Shown here in pieces: positions 1-9,623 of a stretch of 64,000 nt of DNA (positions are counted from its first letter, which is position 1; the number at the start of each line of letters is the position of its first letter). The stretch spans positions 64,001 to 128,000 of the forward strand of contig CBDFIQ010000001.1 of assembly GCA_965248195.1 (NCBI GenBank). Direction: 5' to 3'. The stretch is from Longimicrobiales bacterium (GTDB lineage: Bacteria > Gemmatimonadota > Gemmatimonadetes > Longimicrobiales > Gaopeijiaceae). Both the position numbers and the translations under genes were made by a program. The notes beneath the pieces are model-generated. The model ran no database searches. It worked only from the letters and a program-made list of their open reading frames with translations, and was not told the origin of the DNA.

Positions 1-41
1 GAACAGGAGCGTATTTTGGAACGATTCTTCAAAGGAAGCGA

Positions 42-371
42 ATGAGTAGCCATAACGATTACGACCTCTATCAATCGATCGCCGAAAAGGTCCGCGACGG
101 CCGCACCATAGCCCTGGCGACCATCGTATCGGTGAAAGGCTCCGTCCCGAGGGGGGTGGGCGCCAAGATGCTCGTCGACCCCGGAGAGGAGCTGGTGGGC
201 ACCGTGGGAGGCGGGTGCGGTGAGGGTGAGGTGATCGAGGCCGCGCAGGAGGTAATCCGAACCGGAGAGCCCCAGATAGTCCGGGTCGACCTGACTGAGG
301 ATTTGCTCTCCCTGAGCCCGGCGGTGTGCGGGGGCACGATGGAGGTTTTCGTGGAAGCCATCGGCGAGTGA
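42..371 (+). CDS. XdhC/CoxI family protein (N-terminal domain only)
   Basis: ALATIVSVKGSVPRGVGAKMLV, GTVGGGCGE and CGGTMEVFVE motifs. Confidence 0.85.
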   Translation: MSSHNDYDLYQSIAEKVRDGRTIALATIVSVKGSVPRGVGAKMLVDPGEELVGTVGGGCGEGEVIEAAQEVIRTGEPQIVRVDLTEDLLSLSPAVCGGTMEVFVEAIGE

Positions 372-378
372 CGGGCGA

Positions 379-918
379 GTGAGAAAAGAGCGCCCACTGC
401 TCGTCCACATTCACTACCTCCGGCCACCCGCTCGGGAGCAAATCTACACGCAGTATCTGATCTCCGAAGAAGGGGGCGTGAAGGTCACGTACGCCCACGA
501 CTTGAAGTTCAAATCACCGATCCGGATCGCAGGGGCCGTCGTACTGGAGACCGGCTCGGAGGTGATCTGGTTCACCTTCCCCGGGGCCTGGCACGATATA
601 GGAATCTTCCATCGTGCCGACGGCTCGGTGACAGGCACATACGCGAACATCCTGACTCCGTGCGTCTTCGAAGACGGAGGGATCTGGCGGACCACCGATC
701 TGTTCCTGGACCTCTGGATCGATCCCAGCGGGCACCTCCTGAAGCTCGACGAGGACGAGCTGGAGGAGGCGGAGGGGAAGGGTTGGGTCGATCCGGACAC
801 CGCCCGGCGCGCCCGGGAAGAGGTCAGGAGGTTATCCGCCCAGGCAGCAGCCGGGCTTTGGCCCCCGGAAATCGTCGGAGAATGGACCCTCGCTCGGGCC
901 CGGGGGTTGACCGCCTAG
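379..918 (+). CDS. DUF402 family protein
   Basis: YANILTP...TDLFLDLWI...LDEDEL pattern. Confidence 0.75.
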   Translation: MRKERPLLVHIHYLRPPAREQIYTQYLISEEGGVKVTYAHDLKFKSPIRIAGAVVLETGSEVIWFTFPGAWHDIGIFHRADGSVTGTYANILTPCVFEDGGIWRTTDLFLDLWIDPSGHLLKLDEDELEEAEGKGWVDPDTARRAREEVRRLSAQAAAGLWPPEIVGEWTLARARGLTA

Positions 919-1109
919 CCGGCCAACTCGGCCGTGCAGACCCGCGAGACGTCTACGTGAAGGCGCTTGAGCACTGCGGGGTCTTCCATGAGGCAGTCGA
1001 TCAACCGGTCATAGTCCGCCATCACCTCGGCCGGTATTTGGACCTCCTCGTGGTGAAACGATCCCTCATCTACCAAAAGCAGCCGGACCGTGGCCAGCTT
1101 TCCGCTCAA
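915..1109 (-). CDS. small hypothetical protein
   Basis: 64-aa ORF coupled (4-bp overlap) to the upstream DsbA-like gene. Confidence 0.6.
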   Translation of the reverse strand: MSGKLATVRLLLVDEGSFHHEEVQIPAEVMADYDRLIDCLMEDPAVLKRLHVDVSRVCTAELAG

Positions 1110-1858
1110 ATCCCGTCTCCGGAGTCCTCCTCCAGCAGGCGCTCGATAACCGTCTGGAACCCCTCGAATTCACTCCACCGAGTCACGCGAATACCCATGC
1201 CCCCGCCCCTGCTCACGAAGACCGTCGGGGTACCGCTCACGCCCAACTCAATGCCCAAGCGCATGTTGGCGCTGACGACGTCGGCGAATCGGTCACTGTC
1301 GAGACAGTTGGCGAAGTCACTCATGTCGAGACCGATCGTAGCCGCATAGTCCTCGAAGGCGTTCGTCGGCGGGCCCTGGCTGAACGACCACGTCGACTGG
1401 TGCGAGAAGAGCTGATCGTGGAAGGGCCAGAAATACTGCTCGCCCTGATCGAGCGCGCAACGCGCTCCCCGAGCCGCGAGGAAGGCATGTGGGTGTCCCG
1501 ACACGAGGGGGTAGTCGTGGAAGACGAATCGGGCGATTCCAGCGTCGACGTACGCCAAGTCGAGCTGGGGCTTTACGAACGTGGCGAACTGTTGGCAGGC
1601 CGGACACTGAAAATCGCCGAACTCCAGAATCGTGATCGGCGCGTTGGGATCCCCCCGCTCGACGCCGGTGGCCATCCCGACCAGCGTCTCGAGATCCTCC
1701 AGCTCCCCCTCCACGATGCTCACGATCGGCTGCGTCGCGGCAGATCTCAGTCCGCCCCCCAGAGCCGACCATCCGAGGGCTACGACCGCGATCACAGCCG
1801 TCGCACCCAAGACCACATAAAAAGCCTTGAGATCTCCGCTTTTCGAATCAGCCACCAT
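1106..1858 (-). CDS. DsbA/thioredoxin-fold protein, membrane anchored
   Basis: N-terminal TM helix; GDPNAPITILEFGDFQCPAC; GTPT cis-Pro loop. Confidence 0.9.
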   Translation of the reverse strand: MVADSKSGDLKAFYVVLGATAVIAVVALGWSALGGGLRSAATQPIVSIVEGELEDLETLVGMATGVERGDPNAPITILEFGDFQCPACQQFATFVKPQLDLAYVDAGIARFVFHDYPLVSGHPHAFLAARGARCALDQGEQYFWPFHDQLFSHQSTWSFSQGPPTNAFEDYAATIGLDMSDFANCLDSDRFADVVSANMRLGIELGVSGTPTVFVSRGGGMGIRVTRWSEFEGFQTVIERLLEEDSGDGI

Positions 1859-1868
1859 TCACTCCATT

Positions 1869-1923
1869 GCTCGATGTACGGCCCAGGGCTCGATGTACGG
1901 CCCATTGCCCAATGTAGGGCCAA
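1869..1923. repeat. 19-bp-period tandem repeat
   Basis: GCTCGATGTACGGCCCA at 1869 and 1888, degenerate third copy at 1907. Confidence 0.8.
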
Positions 1924-2002
1924 ATTACGGCCCTCGTACCCTTGATGTAACCCGCTACGCAGACTCTGGTAAGATGTTCCCCAAAAGTGGCTCGGTGAAG
2001 AA

Positions 2003-2686
2003 TCAGGGCAGGAGAGCCTGGATCACCGAGGCGACGTCAGAAAAATCGTCGAAAATCGCGTCGGCTCCCGTCGTCTCGAGCCGCTCTCGCGGAATCCGAC
2101 CGGTCGCCACAGCGACCGTCCTCGTACCCTCGTGCTTTCCGCATTCTACGTCTCGGGGTGTGTCACCCACGATGACGGTCGACGCCGCGGGAAAGCGTAC
2201 GCCCCAAGTCTCGAACGCCCGCTCCAGCGCGATGGCCGGCAGATGTTTACGGATCTCGTGGTCGGAGCCGTACCCGCCTATCGCAAAGAATCCGGCGAGT
2301 CCGACGGATCCGAGCTTCACCCGGGCCCCTCGGATGATGTTGCCCGTGACGAGCCCCAACGCCACGTCGGGTTCGGCGTCGAGAGCCTCGATGAGGTCCG
2401 CCACGCCTGGGAGCAGCCTCATGGGATTGTCTCTGATGCGAGCCTCGAGCTCGCCGATGTAGCGGTCCCAAAGCCCGGCCAGCCCGGCATCGACGGCAGC
2501 GTCCTCCAGCCCAGCGTCCGTCAGAAGCTCCCGGACGATCTGCGGATCAGTCTTTCCCGAGAAGTCGTGAGATTCGATCGCACCCGCGGTACCGAATGTC
2601 TCCAACATCGCCGTGTGGAAAGCGACTTTGGCCGGCCCTCCCCTAGTGAGGGTGCCGTCGATGTCGAAGAGAATGAGCGTGTGCAT
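2003..2686 (-). CDS. HAD-superfamily hydrolase
   Basis: LFDIDGTL motif I; VTGN; VGDTPRD motif. Confidence 0.9.
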   Translation of the reverse strand: MHTLILFDIDGTLTRGGPAKVAFHTAMLETFGTAGAIESHDFSGKTDPQIVRELLTDAGLEDAAVDAGLAGLWDRYIGELEARIRDNPMRLLPGVADLIEALDAEPDVALGLVTGNIIRGARVKLGSVGLAGFFAIGGYGSDHEIRKHLPAIALERAFETWGVRFPAASTVIVGDTPRDVECGKHEGTRTVAVATGRIPRERLETTGADAIFDDFSDVASVIQALLP

Positions 2687-2689
2687 CGA

Positions 2690-3646
2690 TCAAAGATCCA
2701 CGAGGGAGGCCGGGTCCACGTTCCCGCCGCTTATGACCGCTACCACACCTCGTCCCTCCGTCTGGACAGCGCCGGTCATGAGCGCGGCCACGGTGGTGGC
2801 TCCGGAAAACTCCACCACCAATCTCTGCTGTCTGAACAGCAGCGAGGCGGCGCCGCGAATCGCGTCGTCATCCACGAGCACGACGTCATCCACGAACTCA
2901 CGGACGTGCTCGAACGTCAAGGTCCCGGCCCGCAGGGGCAGAAGGCCGTCCGCGATGGATTCACTCTGATCGAGCGTAACCGGCTCGCCGGCCTCGAGCG
3001 CCGCCTTCATGGCCGCACCGCCCGTCGGCTCCACCCCGAAGATCCGCACATCGGGCCGTAGCCGGCGCAGGGCCGCTGCGGTTCCGCTGCACAGCCCCCC
3101 ACCGCCGATGGGCACCAATACCGAATCGAACGCATCCCAATCCTCGGCGATCTCGAGCCCCACCGTTCCCTGACCCGCGATGATCCTCGGATCATCAAAG
3201 GGCGGGACCATCACGAGTTCCCGATCCTCGGCGATCGACTCTGCTTTAGCCTTTCGTTCAAGAGAGGTCGTCCCTTCCAGCACGACTTCGGCCTCCAACC
3301 GCTCCGCCCCATCCCGCTTTACCTGTGGTGACGAGCTCGGCATCACCACGACTGCCCGGGTGTCGTGCAGTCGAGCCGCCAACGCCACGGCCTGGGCATG
3401 ATTTCCGGACGAGTAGGTGATGACGCCCCTCGAGCGGACGTCGTCGGGGAGCTGCGCAACGAAGTTGTAAGCCCCGCGAAACTTGAAGGACCCCGTGCGC
3501 TGAAGAGATTCGAGCTTGAGTCGGACGTCGCCACCCAGCTCTCGGCTCAAAACGTCTGACGGATAGAGCGGCGTCCGTACAGCGACCGGACGCAGCCTCC
3601 CGTGGGCTCCCCGGATCGCCTCGAGTTCGACTAGCCCGTCACTCAC
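2690..3646 (-). CDS. threonine/serine dehydratase (PLP fold type II)
   Basis: [35 protein letters not shown]; probable GTG start at 3646 overlapping the gyrA end. Confidence 0.9.
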   Translation of the reverse strand: MSDGLVELEAIRGAHGRLRPVAVRTPLYPSDVLSRELGGDVRLKLESLQRTGSFKFRGAYNFVAQLPDDVRSRGVITYSSGNHAQAVALAARLHDTRAVVVMPSSSPQVKRDGAERLEAEVVLEGTTSLERKAKAESIAEDRELVMVPPFDDPRIIAGQGTVGLEIAEDWDAFDSVLVPIGGGGLCSGTAAALRRLRPDVRIFGVEPTGGAAMKAALEAGEPVTLDQSESIADGLLPLRAGTLTFEHVREFVDDVVLVDDDAIRGAASLLFRQQRLVVEFSGATTVAALMTGAVQTEGRGVVAVISGGNVDPASLVDL

Positions 3647-6212
3647 CTTCGGTGTCTGGGTCCATCCCGACCGCATCGCCGCTACCCGAATCGACCGAGG
3701 CCCTGGCATCCTCCGCGCCGTCCGCTCCTTCACCATCGGGAGCTCCGTTGGCGTTAGCATCCGCCGGATCCTCCGGAATCACGCGAGCCACGTCCATGAC
3801 GCTATCGTTCTCGTCGAGGTTCACGAGGCGAACGCCCTGTGTCGCTCGCCCGATCACGCGGGTCTCGTCAATGCGTTGACGATTGATGATGCCGTTGCGG
3901 GTGATCACCATGAGTTGGTCCCCAGGCACCACCGACTTGATAGCGACGACCTTCCCCGTCCGCTCGGTGGTTTTCAGGTTGATCACGCCCTTCCCGCCAC
4001 GCGCCTGGAGCCGGTATGCGTCGATCTCGGAGCGCTTCCCCATCCCCGATTCGGACACCACGAGTAACGTAGCCTCGTCGCGCGCGACCACCACCATGCC
4101 GACCACACGGTCGCCCTCTGCGAGACGGATACCCCGCACCCCCTCCGCGACCCGACCCATCACACGAGCGTCCGACTCTCGAAAGCGGATCGCAAGGCCG
4201 TTCCGTGTCGCGAGGATCACCTCGTCGTCACCGCCGGTGACCTGAACATCGATGAGTTCGTCCCCCTCACGCACGTTGATCCCGATCAAGCCCACCGAGC
4301 GCACGTTTCCGTAAGCGGACAGCGCCGTTTTCTTGATCTTTCCGCCCCGGGTGCAAAAGAGGAGGTAGCGGTCGTCCGAGAACTCGCGAACCGGAACCAC
4401 CGAAGCGATCTCGTCGGAGGGATCGATGTTCAGGAGGTTCACGATCGGTTTTCCACGGGAATGCCGCCCGGACGGCGGGACCTGCCATACCTTCAACCAA
4501 TGGCACTGACCCGACCGGGTGAAGATCATCAGGTATTCGTGGGCGGACGCCACGAAGAGGTGCTCCACCCAGTCCTCGTCCTTGGTGCCCATCCCCTGGA
4601 GTCCGCGTCCTCCACGCCTCTGGGCGCGGTAGGTGTCGACCTCGGTGCGTTTCACGTACCCCTCGCGTGAGACCGTGATGACCATCTCTTCGTCCGCGAT
4701 CAGATCCTCGACCTCCAGCGAAGAGGCGTCCCCGACGATCTCGCTTCGCCGATCGTCCCCGTACTTCTTGTCGATCGCCTCGAACTCCTCGGTGATGATC
4801 TCCATCCTGCGATCTCGGCTCTCCAGGATCCCCCTGAGCTCCTCGATGGTGGCACGCAAAGCGGTGAGCTCTTCGTCGAGCTTCTCCATTTCGAGCCCGG
4901 TAAGCCGGGCCAGGCGCATGTCCAGGATCGCCTTGGCTTGTCGCTCCGACAGCTCGAAGGAATCCTGCAGACGCTCCGACGCGATCTCGGCGTCCCGCGA
5001 GCCCCGGATGAGCTTGATCACCTCGTCGATATTGTCGACGGCGATCTTGAGACCCTCGAGGATGTGTGCCCGCTCGTCGGCCTTCTTGAGATCGAAGGTC
5101 GTCCGGCGCACGACCACCACATGACGATGTTCGATGAAGTGCTCGAGCATCTGCCGGAGCGTAAGTACGCGAGGCACGCCGTCGACGAGCGCCAGCAGAA
5201 TCGTGCCGAAGGTCGACTGCATCTGCGTGTGCTTGTACAGCCGGTTCAAGACGATTTGCGGAATGGCGTCCCTCTTGAGCTCGATGACGACGCGGAGCCC
5301 GTCCCGGTCGGATTCGTCTCGCATGTCACGGATTTCAGTCAGCTTCTTGTCCCGCACGAGCTGCGCGATCTGCTCGATCATGCGGGACTTGTTGACCATG
5401 AACGGGATCTCCGTCACGACGATGCGCTCGGAGTACTCATCCAGCTCCTCGATCGTCGCACGCGCGCGCATGACGATCCGGCCTCGGCCGGTTCGGTAGG
5501 CATCCTCGATGCCCGACCGGCCACAGACGAACCCACCCGTCGGGAAGTCGGGACCCGTCACCAACTGTTCCAGCCGCTCCTGCGGAAGCTCAGGATCGGA
5601 GATCAGCGCCGTCGCGGCCGCCAGAACCTCCCGAAGGTTGTGGGGCGGAATGTTGGTGGCCATTCCCACGGCGATCCCCGAACTGCCGTTGACCAGCAGG
5701 TTCGGTACCTTCCCCGGCAGGACCGTCGGCTCCTCCAGGCGCCCATCGAAGTTGGGCGTGAAAGCAACCGTCTCCTTGTCGATGTCCTCGAGAAGCTCCA
5801 TCGCCAGGGCGGTCAGGCGGGCCTCGGTGTATCGGTATGCCGCCGCCGAATCACCGTCGATGGACCCGAAATTCCCCTGGCCGTCGACGAGGGGATAGCG
5901 CAGCGAGAACTCCTGGACCATCCGCACCATGGAATCGTACACGGCGGAGTCGCCATGGGGGTGGTACTTACCCAGTACGTCGCCGACCACCGTGGCGGAC
6001 TTCTTGTACCCCCGGCCCGAGCTCAGCCCAAGCTCGCTCATTGCGTACAGGATGCGCCGGTGAACCGGCTTCAGGCCATCGCGTACGTCGGGGAGTGCTC
6101 TTTGCACGATAACGCTCATCGAGTAGTCGATGAACGACTCGCGCATCTCGTCCTCGAGAAGGCGTTCGAGAACCTTCTCTCCGCCTAATATGAGTTCGTC
6201 GTCTGCCATCAA
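3639..6212 (-). CDS. gyrA: DNA gyrase subunit A
   Basis: [38 protein letters not shown] and GyrA-box QRRGGRG. Confidence 0.97.
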   Translation of the reverse strand: MMADDELILGGEKVLERLLEDEMRESFIDYSMSVIVQRALPDVRDGLKPVHRRILYAMSELGLSSGRGYKKSATVVGDVLGKYHPHGDSAVYDSMVRMVQEFSLRYPLVDGQGNFGSIDGDSAAAYRYTEARLTALAMELLEDIDKETVAFTPNFDGRLEEPTVLPGKVPNLLVNGSSGIAVGMATNIPPHNLREVLAAATALISDPELPQERLEQLVTGPDFPTGGFVCGRSGIEDAYRTGRGRIVMRARATIEELDEYSERIVVTEIPFMVNKSRMIEQIAQLVRDKKLTEIRDMRDESDRDGLRVVIELKRDAIPQIVLNRLYKHTQMQSTFGTILLALVDGVPRVLTLRQMLEHFIEHRHVVVVRRTTFDLKKADERAHILEGLKIAVDNIDEVIKLIRGSRDAEIASERLQDSFELSERQAKAILDMRLARLTGLEMEKLDEELTALRATIEELRGILESRDRRMEIITEEFEAIDKKYGDDRRSEIVGDASSLEVEDLIADEEMVITVSREGYVKRTEVDTYRAQRRGGRGLQGMGTKDEDWVEHLFVASAHEYLMIFTRSGQCHWLKVWQVPPSGRHSRGKPIVNLLNIDPSDEIASVVPVREFSDDRYLLFCTRGGKIKKTALSAYGNVRSVGLIGINVREGDELIDVQVTGGDDEVILATRNGLAIRFRESDARVMGRVAEGVRGIRLAEGDRVVGMVVVARDEATLLVVSESGMGKRSEIDAYRLQARGGKGVINLKTTERTGKVVAIKSVVPGDQLMVITRNGIINRQRIDETRVIGRATQGVRLVNLDENDSVMDVARVIPEDPADANANGAPDGEGADGAEDARASVDSGSGDAVGMDPDTEGE

Positions 6213-6424
6213 TCAGCCTTGAAAGGAAGCCGCTGCGTCAGGTGGGTGACGGTGACGCGGAAGGTGCCGGCAGTGGGAGCGTTCCCGGACGTGACGAAAC
6301 CGGTGTTCCAGAGCTCGGGGGAGCGCCTCAAAGAGACTCCGCAAAGGGGTGTCGTAACGGGGCTAAGTCGTTGAAAACTAACGAAAAAGAAGCCCTCGTA
6401 CAATCGCCGGAGAGACCGCTCGTT

Positions 6425-8404
6425 CTAGCGACGCATCCGCCTGCGGGGGGGCGCATTCGTGATTCCTCTCACGAGGGAAGCAAAGCGCGGATCGGGCCTG
6501 ATGACATCCCAAACTGCGTCCGTTCTCAAGGACACTAAACGTCGGTCGCGGTCGCGAACCGCATCCTCCAGAGACGCCAGTGCCTGGTCGGTGTCTCCTA
6601 CCGCGGCCTGCGCCGCCGCTAAATACACCGGAGAGACAAACTCTCCCTCAGACGCCCGCTCCTGCAGAACGGCCAACCGCCACTCCCAGTATCCCTCGGC
6701 GCCGTTTCGGCGTAACCGCTCGTCGAGCTGGTCCACGGATTCGGCGTCACCCCCGCCGTGGTCCACCCACATCCTTCGCATGTCGAGAAGCTCCTCGTAC
6801 TCGCCTCGGGACGAGTAAAGTAGCTCGAGGGCCTCCCACGCCTCCTCGTGCTCCGGCGACCGCACGCAGACCGCGTTGAGGACCTCCAGCGCCTCTTCGG
6901 TCCGCCCGGCGGCGTTGAGCCGCTGGGCCGCCGAGACCAGGCGGGCCGACTCCACCGAGGCCATCCGCTCGCTCCGGGTCGCCCAACCGGCCCACGCGGC
7001 CCGGAGTTGCCGGCCCACCTGCGTATAGCTCTCGAAGATCCGGGTGGAGTCGCGCCTAAATTCGCCGGATCTCGATACGAGGTTCGGATCCACCGAGATG
7101 ATGGTGAGGGTGTCTCCGGCAGCCGCTCCGACGCCCACACCGGCGCTCTCGGTCGGCGACCTATGGATGATGCGAACCTCGCTCATGGGCTCAGCCGTAT
7201 CGATTCCGGTGCGTTGACCGAACAGCTCCTCGTTGAGTTGCTCATCGATGAGCGCCAGAATGTCGTGGACTTCGGGAAGCTCCTGATCCATTTCGAACGC
7301 CTTCAGCGCCATCACCCGCGCCCGCACCAGGGACTCGGTCGGATCCGAAGGCTGAGCAAGGCCCAGCATCAACTCGGTACTGGCCAGGCCGACATATGCG
7401 CCCGCGAAGGTCGGGTCCACCTCCAGCGCCCGCCCGTAGTGATCCAGGGCGGCCCGGAGTCCCTCCGGCGTCTCCTGGAATTGCTCGAAACGGGCCCTCA
7501 TGAACGCATCGTTGGCCTCGGGCACCTCACTCACCGGGGCAAAGGAGAGCATGGGCGTATCCCCATCCGTGGACAGCTCTCTCTTGAGCTCCTCGGCGAT
7601 GGCGCCGGCCACCTCACTCTGGAGGGCCAGGACATCCGAGAAGCTGCGTTCGTAGCTCCGTGCCCAGACCTGGGTGTCGCTCGCTCCATGGATCAACTGC
7701 ACCGTGATCCGGACCTCGTCGCCCGCACGAAATACCGAGCCCTCCACGACTCCCTCGACGCCCAACTCTCGGGCGATTTCGGGGACGGTGTTGTTAGTGG
7801 CCGCGTACCGTCTCACGGACGTCCGGGAGACAACCCGAATCTCTGGAAGCTGGCTCAGGCGCTCGATCAGCGCCTCGTGCATGCCTGCAGCGAAGTAGTC
7901 TTGTTCCGAGTTCTCCGAAAAGTTCTGGAGCGGGAGGACGGCGAGGGAACGGATCGTTTCGGCCGGGTCGTAGGCCACGGGAATGACCGATGGCCCCAGA
8001 GCGGTGGTGACCCCATCGGTGCCCGGGACGGTGTTCAGGACCCACCACGAGCCGACCCCGACCACCGCGAGCAACGTCACGGTCAGTATTGCCAGACGAG
8101 GAAGAACGCCGGTCGAGGGCGCATCGATCAACGCATCGCCATCGTACTCCAGGGCGGCTGTCACCCTGATACCGTCGGATGTGATATCGAAAACCCAAGC
8201 GAGCACCATGACGGCGGGGAACCCCAGAACCACGAACACCACCACGAGCTGAAGAGCCCACTCGGCGGAGAAGGCGGGGAGGACGATCTCACTGAGCTGT
8301 AACACCACGAAGGCGACGGCCGCGTAGCCCACCGCCACCCGGAAGACCCGGCGACGCCGCAGCTCCGCCATGAAGTACGTCAGCTTGGAAGGCTGTTCAC
8401 TCAT
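6425..8404 (-). CDS. membrane protein with TolB-like (SLAVLPL) domain and TPR repeats
   Basis: ELRRRRVFRVAVGY N-terminus with TM helices; SLAVLPLQNFS...DYFAAGMHEALI...VEGSV; TPR-like C-terminus; start taken at MSEQPS. Confidence 0.8.
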   Translation of the reverse strand: MSEQPSKLTYFMAELRRRRVFRVAVGYAAVAFVVLQLSEIVLPAFSAEWALQLVVVFVVLGFPAVMVLAWVFDITSDGIRVTAALEYDGDALIDAPSTGVLPRLAILTVTLLAVVGVGSWWVLNTVPGTDGVTTALGPSVIPVAYDPAETIRSLAVLPLQNFSENSEQDYFAAGMHEALIERLSQLPEIRVVSRTSVRRYAATNNTVPEIARELGVEGVVEGSVFRAGDEVRITVQLIHGASDTQVWARSYERSFSDVLALQSEVAGAIAEELKRELSTDGDTPMLSFAPVSEVPEANDAFMRARFEQFQETPEGLRAALDHYGRALEVDPTFAGAYVGLASTELMLGLAQPSDPTESLVRARVMALKAFEMDQELPEVHDILALIDEQLNEELFGQRTGIDTAEPMSEVRIIHRSPTESAGVGVGAAAGDTLTIISVDPNLVSRSGEFRRDSTRIFESYTQVGRQLRAAWAGWATRSERMASVESARLVSAAQRLNAAGRTEEALEVLNAVCVRSPEHEEAWEALELLYSSRGEYEELLDMRRMWVDHGGGDAESVDQLDERLRRNGAEGYWEWRLAVLQERASEGEFVSPVYLAAAQAAVGDTDQALASLEDAVRDRDRRLVSLRTDAVWDVIRPDPRFASLVRGITNAPPRRRMRR

Positions 8405-8574
8405 GGTCTTCAGCCGTTTAATCCAATGTATCGAGGAGACCCAACCCATCTTGAACATCGCTCTGCCCTCACGCTCCTTCAAGACCACCGAATGGGTCCC
8501 CCGAACGCCGGGATCCACCTAACACGTAAGAGGCTGATCTGGATCCATTCGTTAAAGAGGGGCGGGCGTCTGAA

Positions 8575-8627
8575 AAGCCTTCAAGCCACGGCAGGGGGAG
8601 GCGTCCGTAAGCCTTCAAGCCACGGCA
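8575..8627. repeat. direct repeat duplicating the 3' end of the GT2 gene
   Basis: AAGCCTTCAAGCCACGGCA at 8575-8593 and 8609-8627 (34-bp period). Confidence 0.85.
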
Positions 8628-9622
8628 ATGAAGTCGGTCCCCTCTTTCCAACTCGCCGACTCGAGTTCAGCCCGAATCCGGCTCCGAGCGCCCTCCTGGC
8701 CGACCGCCGCCACGGCGAAGCTGGCCCGGTATCGATCGACTCCGGAAGGTGATATGACCGGGGCCCCGTGAACGCACTGACCGATCTTCCGCGGATCGAG
8801 ATCGACGAAAGCCCGTACGGTCCCGCCTTGCTGCTGAACTTCCCGTGCAAACGCTTTCCCGATCGGCCCGGCCCCCCAAACCACCAATCCATCACGATCC
8901 CGGGCCAGCGTGTCGAGCAGGTAGTGGACTTTGCAGCGCCGAAAGGCCTCGGGTGTGTACGACTCGTGCCGAATCGAAGTCCGGTCGCCCCGAATCCGCC
9001 ACTGCAGCAGCATCTGATCGACCGCCGCCAGCCGACCGCCAGACCGCCAGACTCGGAGCAGCAGATCGTAATCCTCCGGCCACCCCCGCTCCACGTACCC
9101 GCCCACCCCCGCCACCACGTCCGCCCTCAAGAAGAAGGTGGGGTGCGCCAGCGGGCATTCGATGAACAGGTTTCGTTCCACGTCATCCGGGGTGCGAATG
9201 GCGTTGATCCAATCCTCGTAACGTCGCCCCCCGCCCCGCACCCCGGTCCTGGGGAAGTACCGGACACCCGCCCCGCACCCGGCCAGGTCGGGCCGCCCCT
9301 CCAGCAGCGCGAGTTGCCCGGTGAAACGCATGGGCTCAGCGATGTCATCCGCATCCATGCGCGCCAGATAACGGCCCCGGGCGCTGTTCCGACCCACCTC
9401 GAGCGCACGTACGATACCCCTGGGCGCCTGGCGAACCAGGGTGACCCGGGAGTCTTCAGCGGCCCACGCTGAAAGGAGTTGCGGGCTTTCGTCCGTCGAG
9501 CCGTCGTCCACGGCGAGCACCTCGAAGTCCTCGAACGTCTGGGCACGAAGCGATGCGATGCACTCGGGCAGATACGGCGCGGCGTCGCGCACCGGGAGAA
9601 GGACCGAGATCGTTACCGACAC
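8615..9622 (-). CDS. glycosyltransferase family 2
   Basis: ISVLLPVRD, VDDGSTD, ARMDADD, EDYDL; C-terminal WGAG Rossmann-like segment; GTG start directly after the uvrA stop. Confidence 0.9.
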   Translation of the reverse strand: MSVTISVLLPVRDAAPYLPECIASLRAQTFEDFEVLAVDDGSTDESPQLLSAWAAEDSRVTLVRQAPRGIVRALEVGRNSARGRYLARMDADDIAEPMRFTGQLALLEGRPDLAGCGAGVRYFPRTGVRGGGRRYEDWINAIRTPDDVERNLFIECPLAHPTFFLRADVVAGVGGYVERGWPEDYDLLLRVWRSGGRLAAVDQMLLQWRIRGDRTSIRHESYTPEAFRRCKVHYLLDTLARDRDGLVVWGAGPIGKAFAREVQQQGGTVRAFVDLDPRKIGQCVHGAPVISPSGVDRYRASFAVAAVGQEGARSRIRAELESASWKEGTDFIAVA

Positions 9623-9623
9623 T

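Noticed and set aside
5930..5970. Quinolone-resistance substitution in gyrA
   Set aside because: The QRDR reads HGDSAVYD, i.e. Ser83/Asp87 equivalents of the susceptible type.
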